This document shows positions 13,155 to 25,156 of a stretch of 64,000 nucleotides of DNA, one piece after another. The position numbers and the translations under genes are program-made. Every line of letters starts with the position of its first letter. Positions within the stretch are counted from its first letter, which is position 1. The notes beneath the pieces are model-generated. The model ran no database searches and was not told the DNA's origin. It saw only the letters and a program-made list of their open reading frames with translations. Source of the stretch: Lama guanicoe (taxonomy: Eukaryota); NCBI GenBank assembly GCA_013239625.1, contig MU053561.1, forward strand, positions 3,426,283 to 3,490,282, written 5' to 3'.

Positions 13155-14999
13155 CCAGTTTCCACATTTTTAAGAATGTATTACCCTCACAATGCAAAGA
13201 GAGCTCCAACCAACCTAGAATCACTTATATGTTAGTTTGTTGTTCTGTGTTTAACTCCACGACCACTGAAGAAGAGCTTCTAGGCGTCCTTATAAGTTCT
13301 TCCTTTCTTTGTCTCTTGATGGTGGGCGGGGTCTCCATCTTCCAGAGAAAGACAGCAAAATCCCATAGTTTGGGAGTTTGGGTCAGATCTGCCTGCGATT
13401 TGCAAAAATGATACTGGGAGCAGTTCCACAATTTCCCTGATGGCTAGAAACAGTAACACTTATCAGGTCTCCTGTGTCTAGGCCTGTGCTCTGGGCACAC
13501 CAGAGAGAAAGAAACAGTAGTAAAGATGTCTCCTTTTTCTACAGAGCCCAATACATAATCAAAGGCATGAAGGACAGAAAAATACTTCAACAAATGAAAA
13601 GATACAAGTTGACATAGTGCAAACCAAGAGGTCAAAGGAAGAGGACAGGGGAGCGCTGGAGCCAGTTCGGGGTGACGCCTCCAAGGTTTCCAGAAGCAGA
13701 AATGGTGGCGACTTCTCTTTACCTCTAATGAAATTTTTCTCCAAGAGATTTAGTGGAAACGGAAATTCTGAAAACACAGACATTTTCCCAGTTGGGAAAG
13801 TGACCGAGAGCAAGGCTGTCCACGCTGGCGGACGCCACGTTAGCGCTCCTATGTGAGATGACGCTCGAGCTTTATGGGAAGTACCTTCAGCACATGCTTT
13901 TGGGAAACTGAGTATGACTTTTACTTGCGTGAAAGCTGGCCGTACTTAATGAAAGCCAGCACTGCCTGTGAATTACTGTGCCTTCCAGTCTAACGAAACA
14001 GGCTGGGGCTGATCGAGGCCCAGAAGAGCTCAAGTCCTTACACGCTGCCCAAGGCCCTCATTGCACAACACTGAGAACAAACAGAAAATTGTGAAACATA
14101 AATTTCTTTTCTTCCTTATTAAAACCAGCACTTCTCCTCCCCCCTTTTAACATACAAGTGCTCAACATGTCACTTGTTGACTGGCCTCCCCCTTTATAAA
14201 ACGTTGTCATTTACTGGGCCTGATTGGGAAGTTACTGCTGGTACCAGAATCTGAGATGGAAGTTCTTTTAGAGGCTCACACAAGCGGGAACTGAAGAAAT
14301 GACATGATTTGAGTACCAAAGGGAGCTACCAGGAAGATGCAGCCACACCTGGCACTCTGAGAAAGTTACTTCGGTACTGTTGGTTTTTCCTAGTGGGTCA
14401 TCTGTGGGACTAAAGGCACCAGAGCTCAAGCCAATCACTGGCCAGGAACCAAAGCGAGGGCCCAAATTTCCTCAGTTGGAGGGCCTCAGGGCACACAGTG
14501 ACCTCTCAGAGCTTCTAATCTGGCCCCAAAATAAAATGCTAACACCAACTTGCCTCAACAGATGCCTAGTGAGGAGCACCTGACAGGCAGGTGTCAAGTG
14601 TGATGTACAGATTACATCTTAATGGTGAGAAGAAATACTACACAGTTGCCTTTAGGTCACCACGAAGTTGAAAAGCAATGTAATCAAACTTCTAGAAACA
14701 AATTAGCTTACCACTCCGGCATGCGGATTTGAGCAATCTGACCAGAGGTCAAAATTTGGAGTTAAACCCGAATTTTGGGCGAATTAGCAACTGTTCACTC
14801 AATGCAGTGATGTCCTCACACACAAAATTTCTTCTCCAATTTCCTTTGTGCCTAAAAAAAGAAACATCGGTCCATGCTGAGTACCTTCTACGTGTGTTCA
14901 AGCCTGTCTTTCGAAGCCCTCTTCAGTTTCCTGGGAAAGCCTGCCCCCGTGAGAGGCACAGAAAGGGTCCTCTCCTTCCCCAGGGGACGTGGGGGCTCC

Positions 15000-15089
15000 T
15001 CACTTGATCATCTGAGTCTCTTCATCCGCGTCGTAAAATTCTTCCTCTTCTTCACTCTCACTCCCTGGAGGGCTCTCCTTGTCCGCAGA
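15000..15089 (-). CDS. SLC22A15: SLC22A15 last coding exon (SADKESPPGSESEEEEEFYDADEETQMIK*)
   Basis: ttttag| acceptor; 29 codons then TGA at 15002-15000; acidic C-terminal tail. Confidence 0.94.
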   Translation of the reverse strand, partial: SADKESPPGSESEEEEEFYDADEETQMIK

Positions 15090-15401
15090 CTAAAACAGGA
15101 AGGGAGAAAAGGGCAGTGAGATGACGTCATGACATTTCTAAAATTAAATTACTGTCGAGCATTCAACTGACGAATGTGCTTTTATGACATCTACCCCCCT
15201 AAGAACTTGCCCCGCAAGTGTTCTAAGGAAGCTAATGAATCATCTTTATTTCTTGGAAAATCACCTGCTATTAGACCCCAACTTTGTTTTCCAGCAGTTT
15301 TGCTCAGTTCTATTTAATCTAACCAGACATTCTTCTTCTTTTTTTTTTTTCCTCAAAAACTAACATCATCCAAATCTGAGTGATTAAGAAACATTCCATA
15401 C

Positions 15402-15590
15402 CTGAGGGGGATCCAAGGTCTGTAAAGATAGCGCTTCCTCCCCTAGCCTCCGATAGGAATACACCTGAAGGTCAGAAAACGTCTCTAGCAATGGGCTGTT
15501 GAGGGTTTCTGGCAGTAATAAACTCAGGAGGCCTGAGGTCAGCCCCGTGGCTCCGAAGACAATGAAGGGTAAAGACCACTGCACATACTT
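15402..15590 (-). CDS. SLC22A15: SLC22A15 exon 11 ([13 protein letters not shown]...[10 protein letters not shown]...QTLDPPQ)
   Basis: Within ORF 15384..15620; LPET motif. acag| acceptor, |gtatgg donor, 189 nt, phase 0->0. Confidence 0.95.
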
Positions 15591-15918
15591 CTGTAGGGGC
15601 AGGGAGTGGAACGAAAACAAACAAAGACTCCGTTAGCTTCCTGGCAGATCACATCACAAGTTTTATGACCGAGGACCTGTCCTGGTTACCGTCCAGGTAA
15701 CCTTCCCACAAGAATACACTGTAAAGTCCTTCTTCTTCCCCTACAGAGAGTCACCAGGCAACCAGAGTCCTCAGGCACAGAGATGGGAGTGAGTAAACCA
15801 AAAAGACAGCACAGGCCTGCGGATCAGAAGCTGCAGGCTATTTTACGCATTTATGCTCGGGGTGGGGACTGGGGGGAGGCCTTGACTGTCTCCGAGCAGG
15901 GTGGATGCAGCGCAGCGG

Positions 15919-15955
15919 CCGGATTCACTCAACACCGGATTCACTCAGCACCGGA
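15919..15955. repeat. 16-bp tandem duplication (about 2.3 copies)
   Basis: ccggattcactcaaca-ccggattcactcagca-ccgga. Confidence 0.85.
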
Positions 15956-17275
15956 GCTGAGAAGCACAGGGTGAGAGGTTATAAACACCCTGAAAAGGAA
16001 GAGAAAAGCCTAGAGAAACCCACACACGTGTTTGGAAACCTGATCTGAACATCAGGGCTGGTCCAAAAGATAGTCTCAGGAAAATGTAAACAGTTTGTTT
16101 ACATACAAACGGGTTCAAAGGTCACACCCCAGTCCCTGCAGGAGGTGGCTCTGGGGATTTCTGAGCTGATTACCATTCCTGAATTCCTGCATGGGAGCCA
16201 CCCAACTTTATCGTCTCCTGGTTTGGGCTTCCAAATTCTGTGGATCAGGCCTCTACAAGTCAGGGTGTCCCCTCTGATCATCTTTTCCTGATTTTTCAAA
16301 AGTGAAGACATGATGGAGAAGGAGAGGGAGGAAGGGGAGGGGGAGCGAGAGGGAGCGGGGCGGGGTGGGGGAGGAAGCCTGACCTCTGGCCCCCTGCATG
16401 CAAACACATGCCTAGAACTGTGGTTGTAGGTGATTGTTGAACCAAGGGGAACTTGGCCCTCTCACCTCTTCCCAACTTAGTGGGAATCAGTGGAGACACA
16501 GAGCTGGGTGTTCTAAGGCTCTGAGAGAGCCGTCCAAAGGCGGGTGTCTTTAATGATAAACACCTCTTGGTGGACACATTTTGCAGAATGGAACTAATAT
16601 GACTCCTTCATAAGAGGGGGCTCATGATCTCAAATTGATCATGAAACATGAAGAGATACTGAGAAAAAGGAAGTGTGTCACACTTCCTCAGGAAAAGGAA
16701 GGGCTACAGTGGCATTTCAGAGGCGTCTTGTACTAGGATGTGGTGAATAAAGATGCCTGAGTGATGAGCAGTTACCTATGGAACAGGCTTACAAGCCCCA
16801 CTCTCCCATCAAGGAGCCTTGGCCGGGAAAGTCAGGCAGGAGACCAGGCAGAGATGCGCACAGGGGCTCCGAGGAATCTTTCTTAGAACCTGGACGGATT
16901 TTATGGCTGTCATGTACTCTTATTCCCCTTCCATATATTTCTCTTCTAATTCTCTTTCCCAATTGGTGTGCCCTGTTCTCCTCTTTAATACAGGGGTAAC
17001 AACAACGCCTGCCTCATATGGCTGCTGTGAAGACTGCACGAGATGATATACACAGAGGGCTCAGCACTGAGCCCAGCACACAGCAGAAATGTAGGAACTG
17101 TTCACTGACCGACTAACTGACCCATGGGGACCAGAAGGGGCAAGCTGGCATCAGCTGTCTCTCCAGCGAATAGAGACCATCCATGGCAAGGGTCCATCTG
17201 CCCTGACCCATCTTTTATCTAAAAGGCACAAGGTTCACATGTGTCAGGCTGATCTTCCATGGCAGCTGTTTGTTA

Positions 17276-17449
<174 letters not shown>

Positions 17450-17554
17450 CTAGCGGGAAAACTGAAAGACTCTGGGGCATGGTGCACCCTAACAACGTGT
17501 CCCAAAGGGGGAGCACAGGACACGAGAGTGCTGCCTGCTAGGACTTTCGGTGAT

Positions 17555-17712
17555 GCTGCAAATGTGCCCTGTCCAACGTGGAAGCCCCAGACACATCCTG
17601 CTACCGAGCCCTCAGTGTGATGGAGATGGAGAAACAGAATTTTCCATTCACTTCATTTTAATTCATTTAAACAGCCACATGTGGCTAGTAACTACCATAC
17701 TGGACAGGGCTG
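17555..17712. mobile_element. MER3-like hAT-Charlie relic
   Basis: ctgtccaa...cattttaattcatttaaacagccacatgtggctagtaactaccatactggacag. Confidence 0.7.
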
Positions 17713-18913
17713 GGACAGAGGCTGGTGCAGAAATGAGCATGTGAGTATTTCTTGTTAAATGTTCTGAAGGGTTTTTGTGTCTTAGGTTTCCCATCAGTTA
17801 GAACAGCTATAGAAGAGCCAGGACTTCGTGATCTGAGAAGTCTGCCCATTTCTTCAAACTCAACTAATTAACTATTAAAGGGTCAGGCATATACCTAAGA
17901 ATTGACTGAGCACAGATTCTCAGGAAACCAAGAACATTACCCCCTTGGGGAGCGTGGGTATCAGCGAGGGGGGAGGAAGGGAGGATGATGACGTTACAGA
18001 CAGGGTGACGGTACGTCAGCCCGTTACCCCAGCCTAATTGTTCATAATGCCCACATTCACTCTCAAAAGTAACCCAGTTTGCACCAAATGGTCATCTTAG
18101 TTTTATAGCCAACAGCCAGAGAAAAGTAGGTGGTGGGAACAATCAGGCAATGACCAGGTGACTGCATAACCTCATCTCTTACCGGGAAAAAGGCAGACAG
18201 AACCCCTGGGCTCCTGGCACGGATAAGGGAAACGGAAGGTTCTGATTGGGATGATTCTTACAAGAGTCTGGGGAAGAGCTGTCTGGGGGGTACAGCCCAG
18301 CCCACACAGGCAGTTCTGCAAAGTCTAAGCTGGACTCCTACCCTTCAAGTTTAGGTGTTTTTTTTTTTGTTTCGTTTACAAGCTTATTTTATGAGGGGGA
18401 ACTTAGAAATGGTTGGTTTTGATATAAGCATGGCCAACTGGCTAGAAACCACCTTTCACAACTAATTTGTAAATCTCATATTCACTTATTACCGTACGGA
18501 ATTATCTTTTTAAAAATACATATACTTTGTGCTAAAATATAGGCTCTGTGATAACAGGGACTTTGTCCCCTGGTCCATCATGTGCCTGACACAGGAGGGG
18601 TGGCCAAATAAAGTGAATCCGCTGAAATAAAAACGGCATCTGAGCACTACCAGGTGATGGGACGTGCGTAGGGTAGAGACCTTCTCTTGTGATTTACACC
18701 AGGGAATTCAGCCCAAGATAAAGCTACGTCCTCCTTATCCCGGCGGGCGAGTAGCAGTGTCCACAGTGTCTGGGGTCACAACTGCTTGCTGAGTGGCTGC
18801 TGGGCCCCCGTTACTGTTCTCCAGGTGAGGGGAGAACCACGCCTCCGGTGATGCAAAACCCTCCAGCAGGGCGCAGGCCCAGGGAAGGAGAGGGGGCTGA
18901 GTGCAGGGCGTAC

Positions 18914-19034
18914 CTGATGACTGTGGGGTACAGCTCCGATGTGTAGATGTACACGATGTTGAAGGCCGCACTGATCGTCAGCTTCCCCAGCAGGGACAAG
19001 GAATGGCTGTTCACCACCGCAAACACCCCTGTGT
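18914..19034 (-). CDS. SLC22A15: SLC22A15 exon 9 ([40 protein letters not shown])
   Basis: Within ORF 18811..19200; ELYPT motif. ctcag| acceptor, |gtacgc donor, 121 nt, phase 1->2. Confidence 0.95.
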
Positions 19035-19565
19035 CTGAGGAGGACAAGAGTGACGCCTGTGAGGTTCTTAGGGGAGGAAAACTCCACCAGGTGACAGATT
19101 TAATTCTGAAGGAGCGAGAGGTGCTCCTGTTGATCTCAACCAGCGAAGAGGTACTATAACAGAACACACATCCAGAAGGTGCAGTCATGACACACAGCAC
19201 ACACGCAAATACTTCTCGGCATTTAGGCCACTCCCGGGAAATCTCACACCTTGACTGTCACAACGCGTGATGAAACCGGCATTCACCCCGGAGCAACAGA
19301 GCTCCCCGAAAACTTCCGTACTGGAGTCAAGTTTCCAGAAAAGTCTATTTAAGGGTGTTACTCGCCTCTCCTTTCTTCCCAAACTTGTTCAACAATCAAT
19401 GATGTAAAATGATGTAAAATCATTCAGCAGGACAAACCTGCGCAGGTGAGAGAACAAAGTCCAGAAAAACTCCTATCTAGTTTGCATTCTGTTTGAGGTT
19501 CTGTTGCAAAGATAAGGAATAATCCCATTAAACTACCATAGAAGATATAAAACTGAATGTTCTTT

Positions 19566-19719
19566 CACAGCGGGAAAAAAATGTGATAATGAATATGTGT
19601 ATGTTCATGTATAACTGAAAAATTGTGCTCTACATTGGAATCTGACACAACATTGTAAAATGACTATAACTCAACAAAAAAAAGTTAAAGAAAGAAAAAA
19701 AACTTTAAAAAAAAACCCC
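19566..19719 (+). mobile_element. Young 5'-truncated L1 tail
   Basis: L1 3' end plus A-rich tail; perfect 17-bp TSD aaaactgaatgttcttt at 19549-19565 and 19720-19736. Confidence 0.88.
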
Positions 19720-19989
19720 AAAACTGAATGTTCTTTAACAAACAAGACTCTAAGCATGGAGCTACTTTTAATCCTTCCTCCTTTCCAACTTCGTACTTGG
19801 ATTATTAATCCATAATGATATTTGAGTTTCTTAATGGAACGTTTTTACATACAATGCAAAGATACCATTTATGTCTTTTCATTTCCTTATCAAAAATGTT
19901 ATCAATTGTCCAATGGTTCATTCCTTTATTAACACTATCTTCTCTGGGATCTCACAATTATTCCCTTGCAAACAGATTTAACATCTCCC

Positions 19990-20570
19990 CTTCAACGACC
20001 CACTAGCTTCTACCTTCAAGAACAGTTTTCTCCTTTGGAAGGAAAAACAAAAATGCTCACTAACTCTGTGATACTTTCTCCCCTTCACTATCAAACGTCT
20101 CCAGCGAGGGACCAACCTTCCATTTCTTCAGATGCATCTGCCCAGTAACTCAGTACAATGTGGCTTCAGTACCACCCTCTCTGAAACTTCTATTCTTGAA
20201 TGTTGACAGCAATGTCCTAATCACCAAGGTAACTGCCTCTCACTCTCCTTGACATTTCGGCCCTAATAGAACACGCCTGCCCCTTGCCTGGGACTGCATG
20301 CTTGGCTCATCTAAACCACTCTTCCCTTAAATAACTCAAGTGCAATCAATATCCTCTCCTTCCTTTGACCTCCACTGCCTTGATTTCCCAATCCCTGCAA
20401 GCGGCGTGCTTCAGACACTCTCTGGTAGCTGCTTTTTTTTTTCCATCTGGCCTGCCCAAAATGTGTTTTGAGTTGTCTCAGGCTAAGGCCTTGTTTGTGT
20501 CTGTTTCCCTCACAGCACCTCCCACAGTATGATGCACAGGGGTGTTCACTAGACATTTAGTGAGTGAATA
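19990..20570 (+). mobile_element. L2 relic
   Basis: Pyrimidine-rich L2 text (caatgtcctaatcaccaa...cactctccttgac) ending acatttagtgagtgaata. Confidence 0.55.
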
Positions 20571-21924
20571 AGGGTAAGGACTACAACAGGAATTAATTTG
20601 GGTGAAAAAGAATCTGTGTTCATGCTCTCTCAACATTTGAGGAGGGAGGCACATAAGACCCTCCTTTCCAAAGTGCAAGCTTCACATTTCCAGCTTGACT
20701 ATGAAATAAATCCTCATCTACTTTAAAGATGGCGTCCTGCATGCAGTGGCCCAGGCTCTGCCAAACTCCACCATCTGCGGCCGCCTTCTCTTCTGCCAGG
20801 CTATATGGAAGGATGTGTCGGCAGTTTTAGGTACTGAATATATTATTTTAAGCCATGAGGTGCTTGTGGAAAAAGAACCATGCCTTTCAGCATTCACCCC
20901 AAGATATACGTCTGCACTTCTGATATCTAACAATTTTAGTTAAACCAATAATGAGGGCAAATTAAATGCATCAATTATTTTCCAGAAACCTGAGTGAGTC
21001 AGGAAGAGGTCTTGGGTGGCACCGAACCAAACAGAAATGTGCACATTTGCCTGACTACCAATGATCTTTGGGACTGTTTTCAACCCATATAGGATGGCAT
21101 CTTTCAGAACTGTATTGCAGACACTCTGCGACATCTTTAAAACTTGTCAGGGGATTGCCATCCTGAAAATTAAATTCAAATAACATGTCACAGAAGGCTT
21201 ATCATCTAAACGCCCACAAGACCCAAGTCTGGAAGAAGTCTCCCAGCTCAGGACACTTCTGGCTGCGGCCCATCTGGGGAGCCTGGCTCCAGATGCATAC
21301 CCACAGGGTGCCCCCTCCAGCCTGACACCTCATCTGATGCTTGCAACTTGTCTCCTATGTTCCGGCCAGCGGAGTCTGCAGTGGCCACTTGAACCTGGGG
21401 GAACTAACTTACTCCCAAGGTAGCCCATGTCAATTTCAGACAGCTCTGTTAGCAAATTATTTCTTAGCCGTCTGTGGAGCTGCTGGGTTGTTCAGGAAGG
21501 CACTGCAGCCACTGGGCTGGTTCCCTGAATTCCTGATCTTGAAAATGAAGTCAGATATCATTGACTATTACCAACAAATGTTCAAAGTGACTGTTTGGGA
21601 AAAAAGAGTGATTTAATAAGAAAAATTAAGCTCAATTATCTTGGGGGAAAGAAAAGATTATTTTCAGAACATTTATATCCTTCCAAGTACTGAATTCAAG
21701 ACGTCATACGTTTATTCCAATGATGCAGCTACTAAAGACATCATTTTTAGAATTAGTTATCTGAAGTTTTCTCAGAAGCCATTTGGGGTCACTAGAACAA
21801 AATGTCTCAGTATGTTACAGTCACATTTCACTGACCCAAAACAGTAAAAATTCAACTTAATCATCCACTTCACTCACTGGGTGATTATAGTAAACGTGTA
21901 TCGTTTAGGCCTATGTTAAAAATT

Positions 21925-22613
21925 ATGGTGCAGACACTACAGAAAACAGTATGAAGATTCCTTAAAAAACTAAAAATAGAGTTACTCTATGATCCAGCAA
22001 TCCCACTCCTGGGCATATATGCAGAGAAAACTCCAATTTGAAAAGATACATGCACCCCCAATGTCCACAGCAAGCAGCATTATTTACAACAGCCAAGACA
22101 TGGAAGCAACCTAAATGTCCATTGACAGACGACTGGATAAAGAAAAGAAGATGTGTGTATACACACACACACACTGGAATGCTACTGCTATTTGCAGCAA
22201 CATAGATGGACCTGGAGATTATCATACTAAGTGAAGTAAGTCAAAGACCAAGACAAATATCATATAATATCACTTACATGTGGAATCTACAGAAAAAATG
22301 ATACAAATAAACTTATTTACAAAACAGAAAGATACTCACAAACATAGAAAACAAACTTATGGTTACCAAAGAGGAAAGTGGGTGGGGATAAATTGGGAAT
22401 TCGGGACTAGCAGATACTATATACAGAGTAGATAAACAAGGTTCTACTGTATAGTACTATATAGAGAACCTACTATAATAACTTATAATGAAAAAGAATC
22501 TGAAAAAGAATATATATATCTATAGATATATATAGGTATCTGAATCACTATTCTGTACACCAGAAACTAACACAACATTGTGAATCAACTATACTTCAAT
22601 TAAAAAAAAAAAA
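21925..22613 (+). mobile_element. L1 3' end (cetartiodactyl-type)
   Basis: atgatccagcaatcccactcctgggcatat...gcaacatagatggacctggagattatcatactaagtgaagtaag...tcaactatacttcaatt followed by poly(A). Confidence 0.9.
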
Positions 22614-23623
22614 CCTTTAAGACAGCTAAAGGTCCTCTTGTATGACACATAAGTTGAGCAAAGAACCACAGTTCACTTTACTTCCTTTTGGCTTTTTTTT
22701 TAAAGAAAACTACCACATATGCAGAAAATTCTGTCTCTATAGTTTCATCATTTCTAGAATTTCACATAAATGAAATAATTCAGTTTGTAGACTTCTGTGT
22801 CTGGCTTCTTTTAGTTCAGCATAATGCTTTTGAAATTTACCCACGTTACTGTGTGTATCACTAGGTCACAGCTCATTCCTCTGTTGTTGAGGAATTCCGT
22901 GTATGGATATACCACAATTTGCTTATCCATTCCTCAGCCGAGGGGCATTTGGGTTCCTTCCAGTATGGGGCTATTATTAATAAAGCTACTGTGAACACTT
23001 GCATCAAAGTCCTTGTGTGGATCTATGTTTCTCCTTCTCTTGGGTAAAGTTGGGTTGGACAAATGTATGTTGCACTTTAAAGTAGCTGCCAATGTTTTCC
23101 AGAGCATCTGTACCATTTTTTGTTTCTATCAGCAGTGTACAAGAAAGTGTTTCCATTCTTTCTTATCATTGCCAACATTTGGTATTGTCAGTGTCTAATT
23201 TTAGCCATTTTAATAGGCATGTAGTGGTATCTCGTGGTTTTAATTTCCATTTCCCTAATGTCCAATGATGCTGAGCTTATTTTCCCATGCTTATCTTCCA
23301 TTTTTATATTCTTTTGGAGAAGTGTCTGTCCAAACTTTTTGCCCATTACTGAAATTGGAAGAGTCCATTCTGTCTTCTGGGTACAAGTTCTATATCAGGT
23401 ATATATTTTGCAAATATTTTTCCCAGTCTGTATCTTGCTTTTCATTTCCTAAATAATGTTTTTTAAAAAAGCTGGAATCTTAATTTTGATGAAGTCTAAA
23501 TTATGGATTCTTTTTCTTTGTGTGCTTTTTGTGTCATATTTAAGAAATGTCTGCCTAACCCAAAGTTACTGAGATTTTCTTCCATGTTCTCTTTTAGAAG
23601 TTGTGCAGTTTTAGCTTTTACAC

Positions 23624-24107
23624 TGTTGATGAAAAAAATGAACCACTTAAAAGTTAAGAATCATGTTTTATTTGGCAGACATACTGGGGTCTTAAGCATG
23701 GGAGACAGGCTCTCAGACAGCTCTAAGGGACTGTTACAAAGAGGTAACAGAGGAGCCAGGATATATGAGGTTTTGGAAAAAAAACCCGCAAAAAACAAAA
23801 ACAAAACCCCCCCAAAACCCCCCAGGTAACTGGACTATCAAAAAGATTATTGTTAATTAAAGAAAAACCAGACATCTCAAGTTAATGAATTTAGAACTTT
23901 TCTATGTATGGGAAGATGCAAGAATCTGGGCTCACTGAAATCATTCCTCTGATATGAATCTTAACCATCTAGGGCCAGTATCCTGTTTTCTCCATCCTGA
24001 ATTCCCTCAGGGTGCACCTTCAGGGGTGAGGCTGCTGCAGTGGCTGATGGCTTGATGGCCACAGCATCCTCAGTTTTTTGATATGGCAGGTGACATTCTT
24101 TGTCCAC
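23624..24107 (-). mobile_element. ERV1-class solo LTR (MER41-like, family uncertain) nested in L1
   Basis: Interrupts the L1 phrase ttttacac|ttaggtct; termini tgttgatg...tttgtccac; AATAAA on the minus strand at 23667-23672. Confidence 0.75.
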
Positions 24108-24814
24108 TTAGGTCTACCATCCATTGCAAGTTAATTACTGCATATGATGTGATGTGCAGATGTGGCATGCAGATCGAAGTTAAATTTTTTACATATGGAT
24201 GTCCAATTATTTCAGCACTGTTTGTTGAAAAGATTTTTTCCTCACTGAATTGAATTATCATCAAAAATCAATTGACTATGTGTATTTTTCCCTATGTGGG
24301 TTATGATTGAACAAAACATTTTTAAAAGGTGAATAAAATCTCAGTCCCCCTCAAAAAATAAAATAAAAATCAACTGACCATATACATGGGTATTTCATAC
24401 TCAATTCTGTTGTTACCTATATATCTACTCTTATGACAACATTATACTATCTCAATTAATGTAATTTTGTAGTAAGTTTTAAAATCAGATAGGATAAGTC
24501 CTCCAACTTAATTTTTTATTTTGGATATTCTAGATCCTTTGCATTTCTATAAAAATTTTAGTATTAGCTTGTCAATATCTATCAACAAAAAGAAACTTGC
24601 TGGAAATTTTATTGGGATCGTGATGAAGATAGATTGATTTGGGGAGAAATGACATCTTAAACAATATTTTCTGATCCTTAATCATGAGAAGCTCTTCACT
24701 TATTATCATCATCACCACCAATTCACTTATTAAGCCTTCTTTAATTTCTTACATCAATGTTTTATATTTTATAGTTTTCTACAAGTCTTATACATATTTT
24801 ATAAAATCTATCCT

Positions 24815-24905
24815 GGGGGAAGGGGAATAGCTCAGTGGTAGAGTGCGTGCTCAGTGTGCACAAGATCCTGGGTTCAATCCCCAGTTCCCCCATTTAAAAA
24901 AAAAA
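24815..24905 (+). mobile_element. tRNA-derived SINE (camelid Vic-1-like) nested in L1
   Basis: tagctcagtggtagagtgcgtgctcagtgtgcacaagatcctgggttcaatccccag followed by an A tail. Confidence 0.88.
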
Positions 24906-24989
24906 GGAATTAGCCCTAAGTATTACATATTTTTAATTTTTTTAAATAAATGGCATTGTTTTATTTCAATTTTGAACTGTTTGTTGCTA

Positions 24990-25156
24990 ATATATAGAAA
25001 TAAAATTATGTCACGTGACTCTGCTAAACTCATTAATTCTAATCAGTTTTTTTTATAACTTTCTATGGATATATAGAAATAAAATTATGTCACGTAACTG
25101 GTAAACTCATTGATTAATTCTGATAGTTTTTTTTTTTTTTTTAGGATTTTCTATGG
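24990..25156. repeat. About 80-bp imperfect tandem duplication within L1
   Basis: atatatagaaataaaattatgtcacgt...ttctatgg at 24990-25068 and again at 25069-25156. Confidence 0.85.

Larger units (their letters stand above)
11860..14999 (-). other. SLC22A15: Putative SLC22A15 3' UTR (about 3.1 kb)
   Basis: Mostly repeat-poor sequence after the stop codon, ending at an AATAAA with a downstream U-rich tract. The 3' end is inferred. Confidence 0.55.

Noticed and set aside
23624..24107. Interferon-responsive GAS enhancer in the MER41-like LTR
   Set aside because: I found no TTCNNNGAA motif in this copy, and the family assignment is uncertain.
24826..24890. Possible tRNA gene (A and B boxes)
   Set aside because: A-rich tail, several similar copies in the window (two with clear TSDs) and no convincing acceptor stem indicate a SINE.
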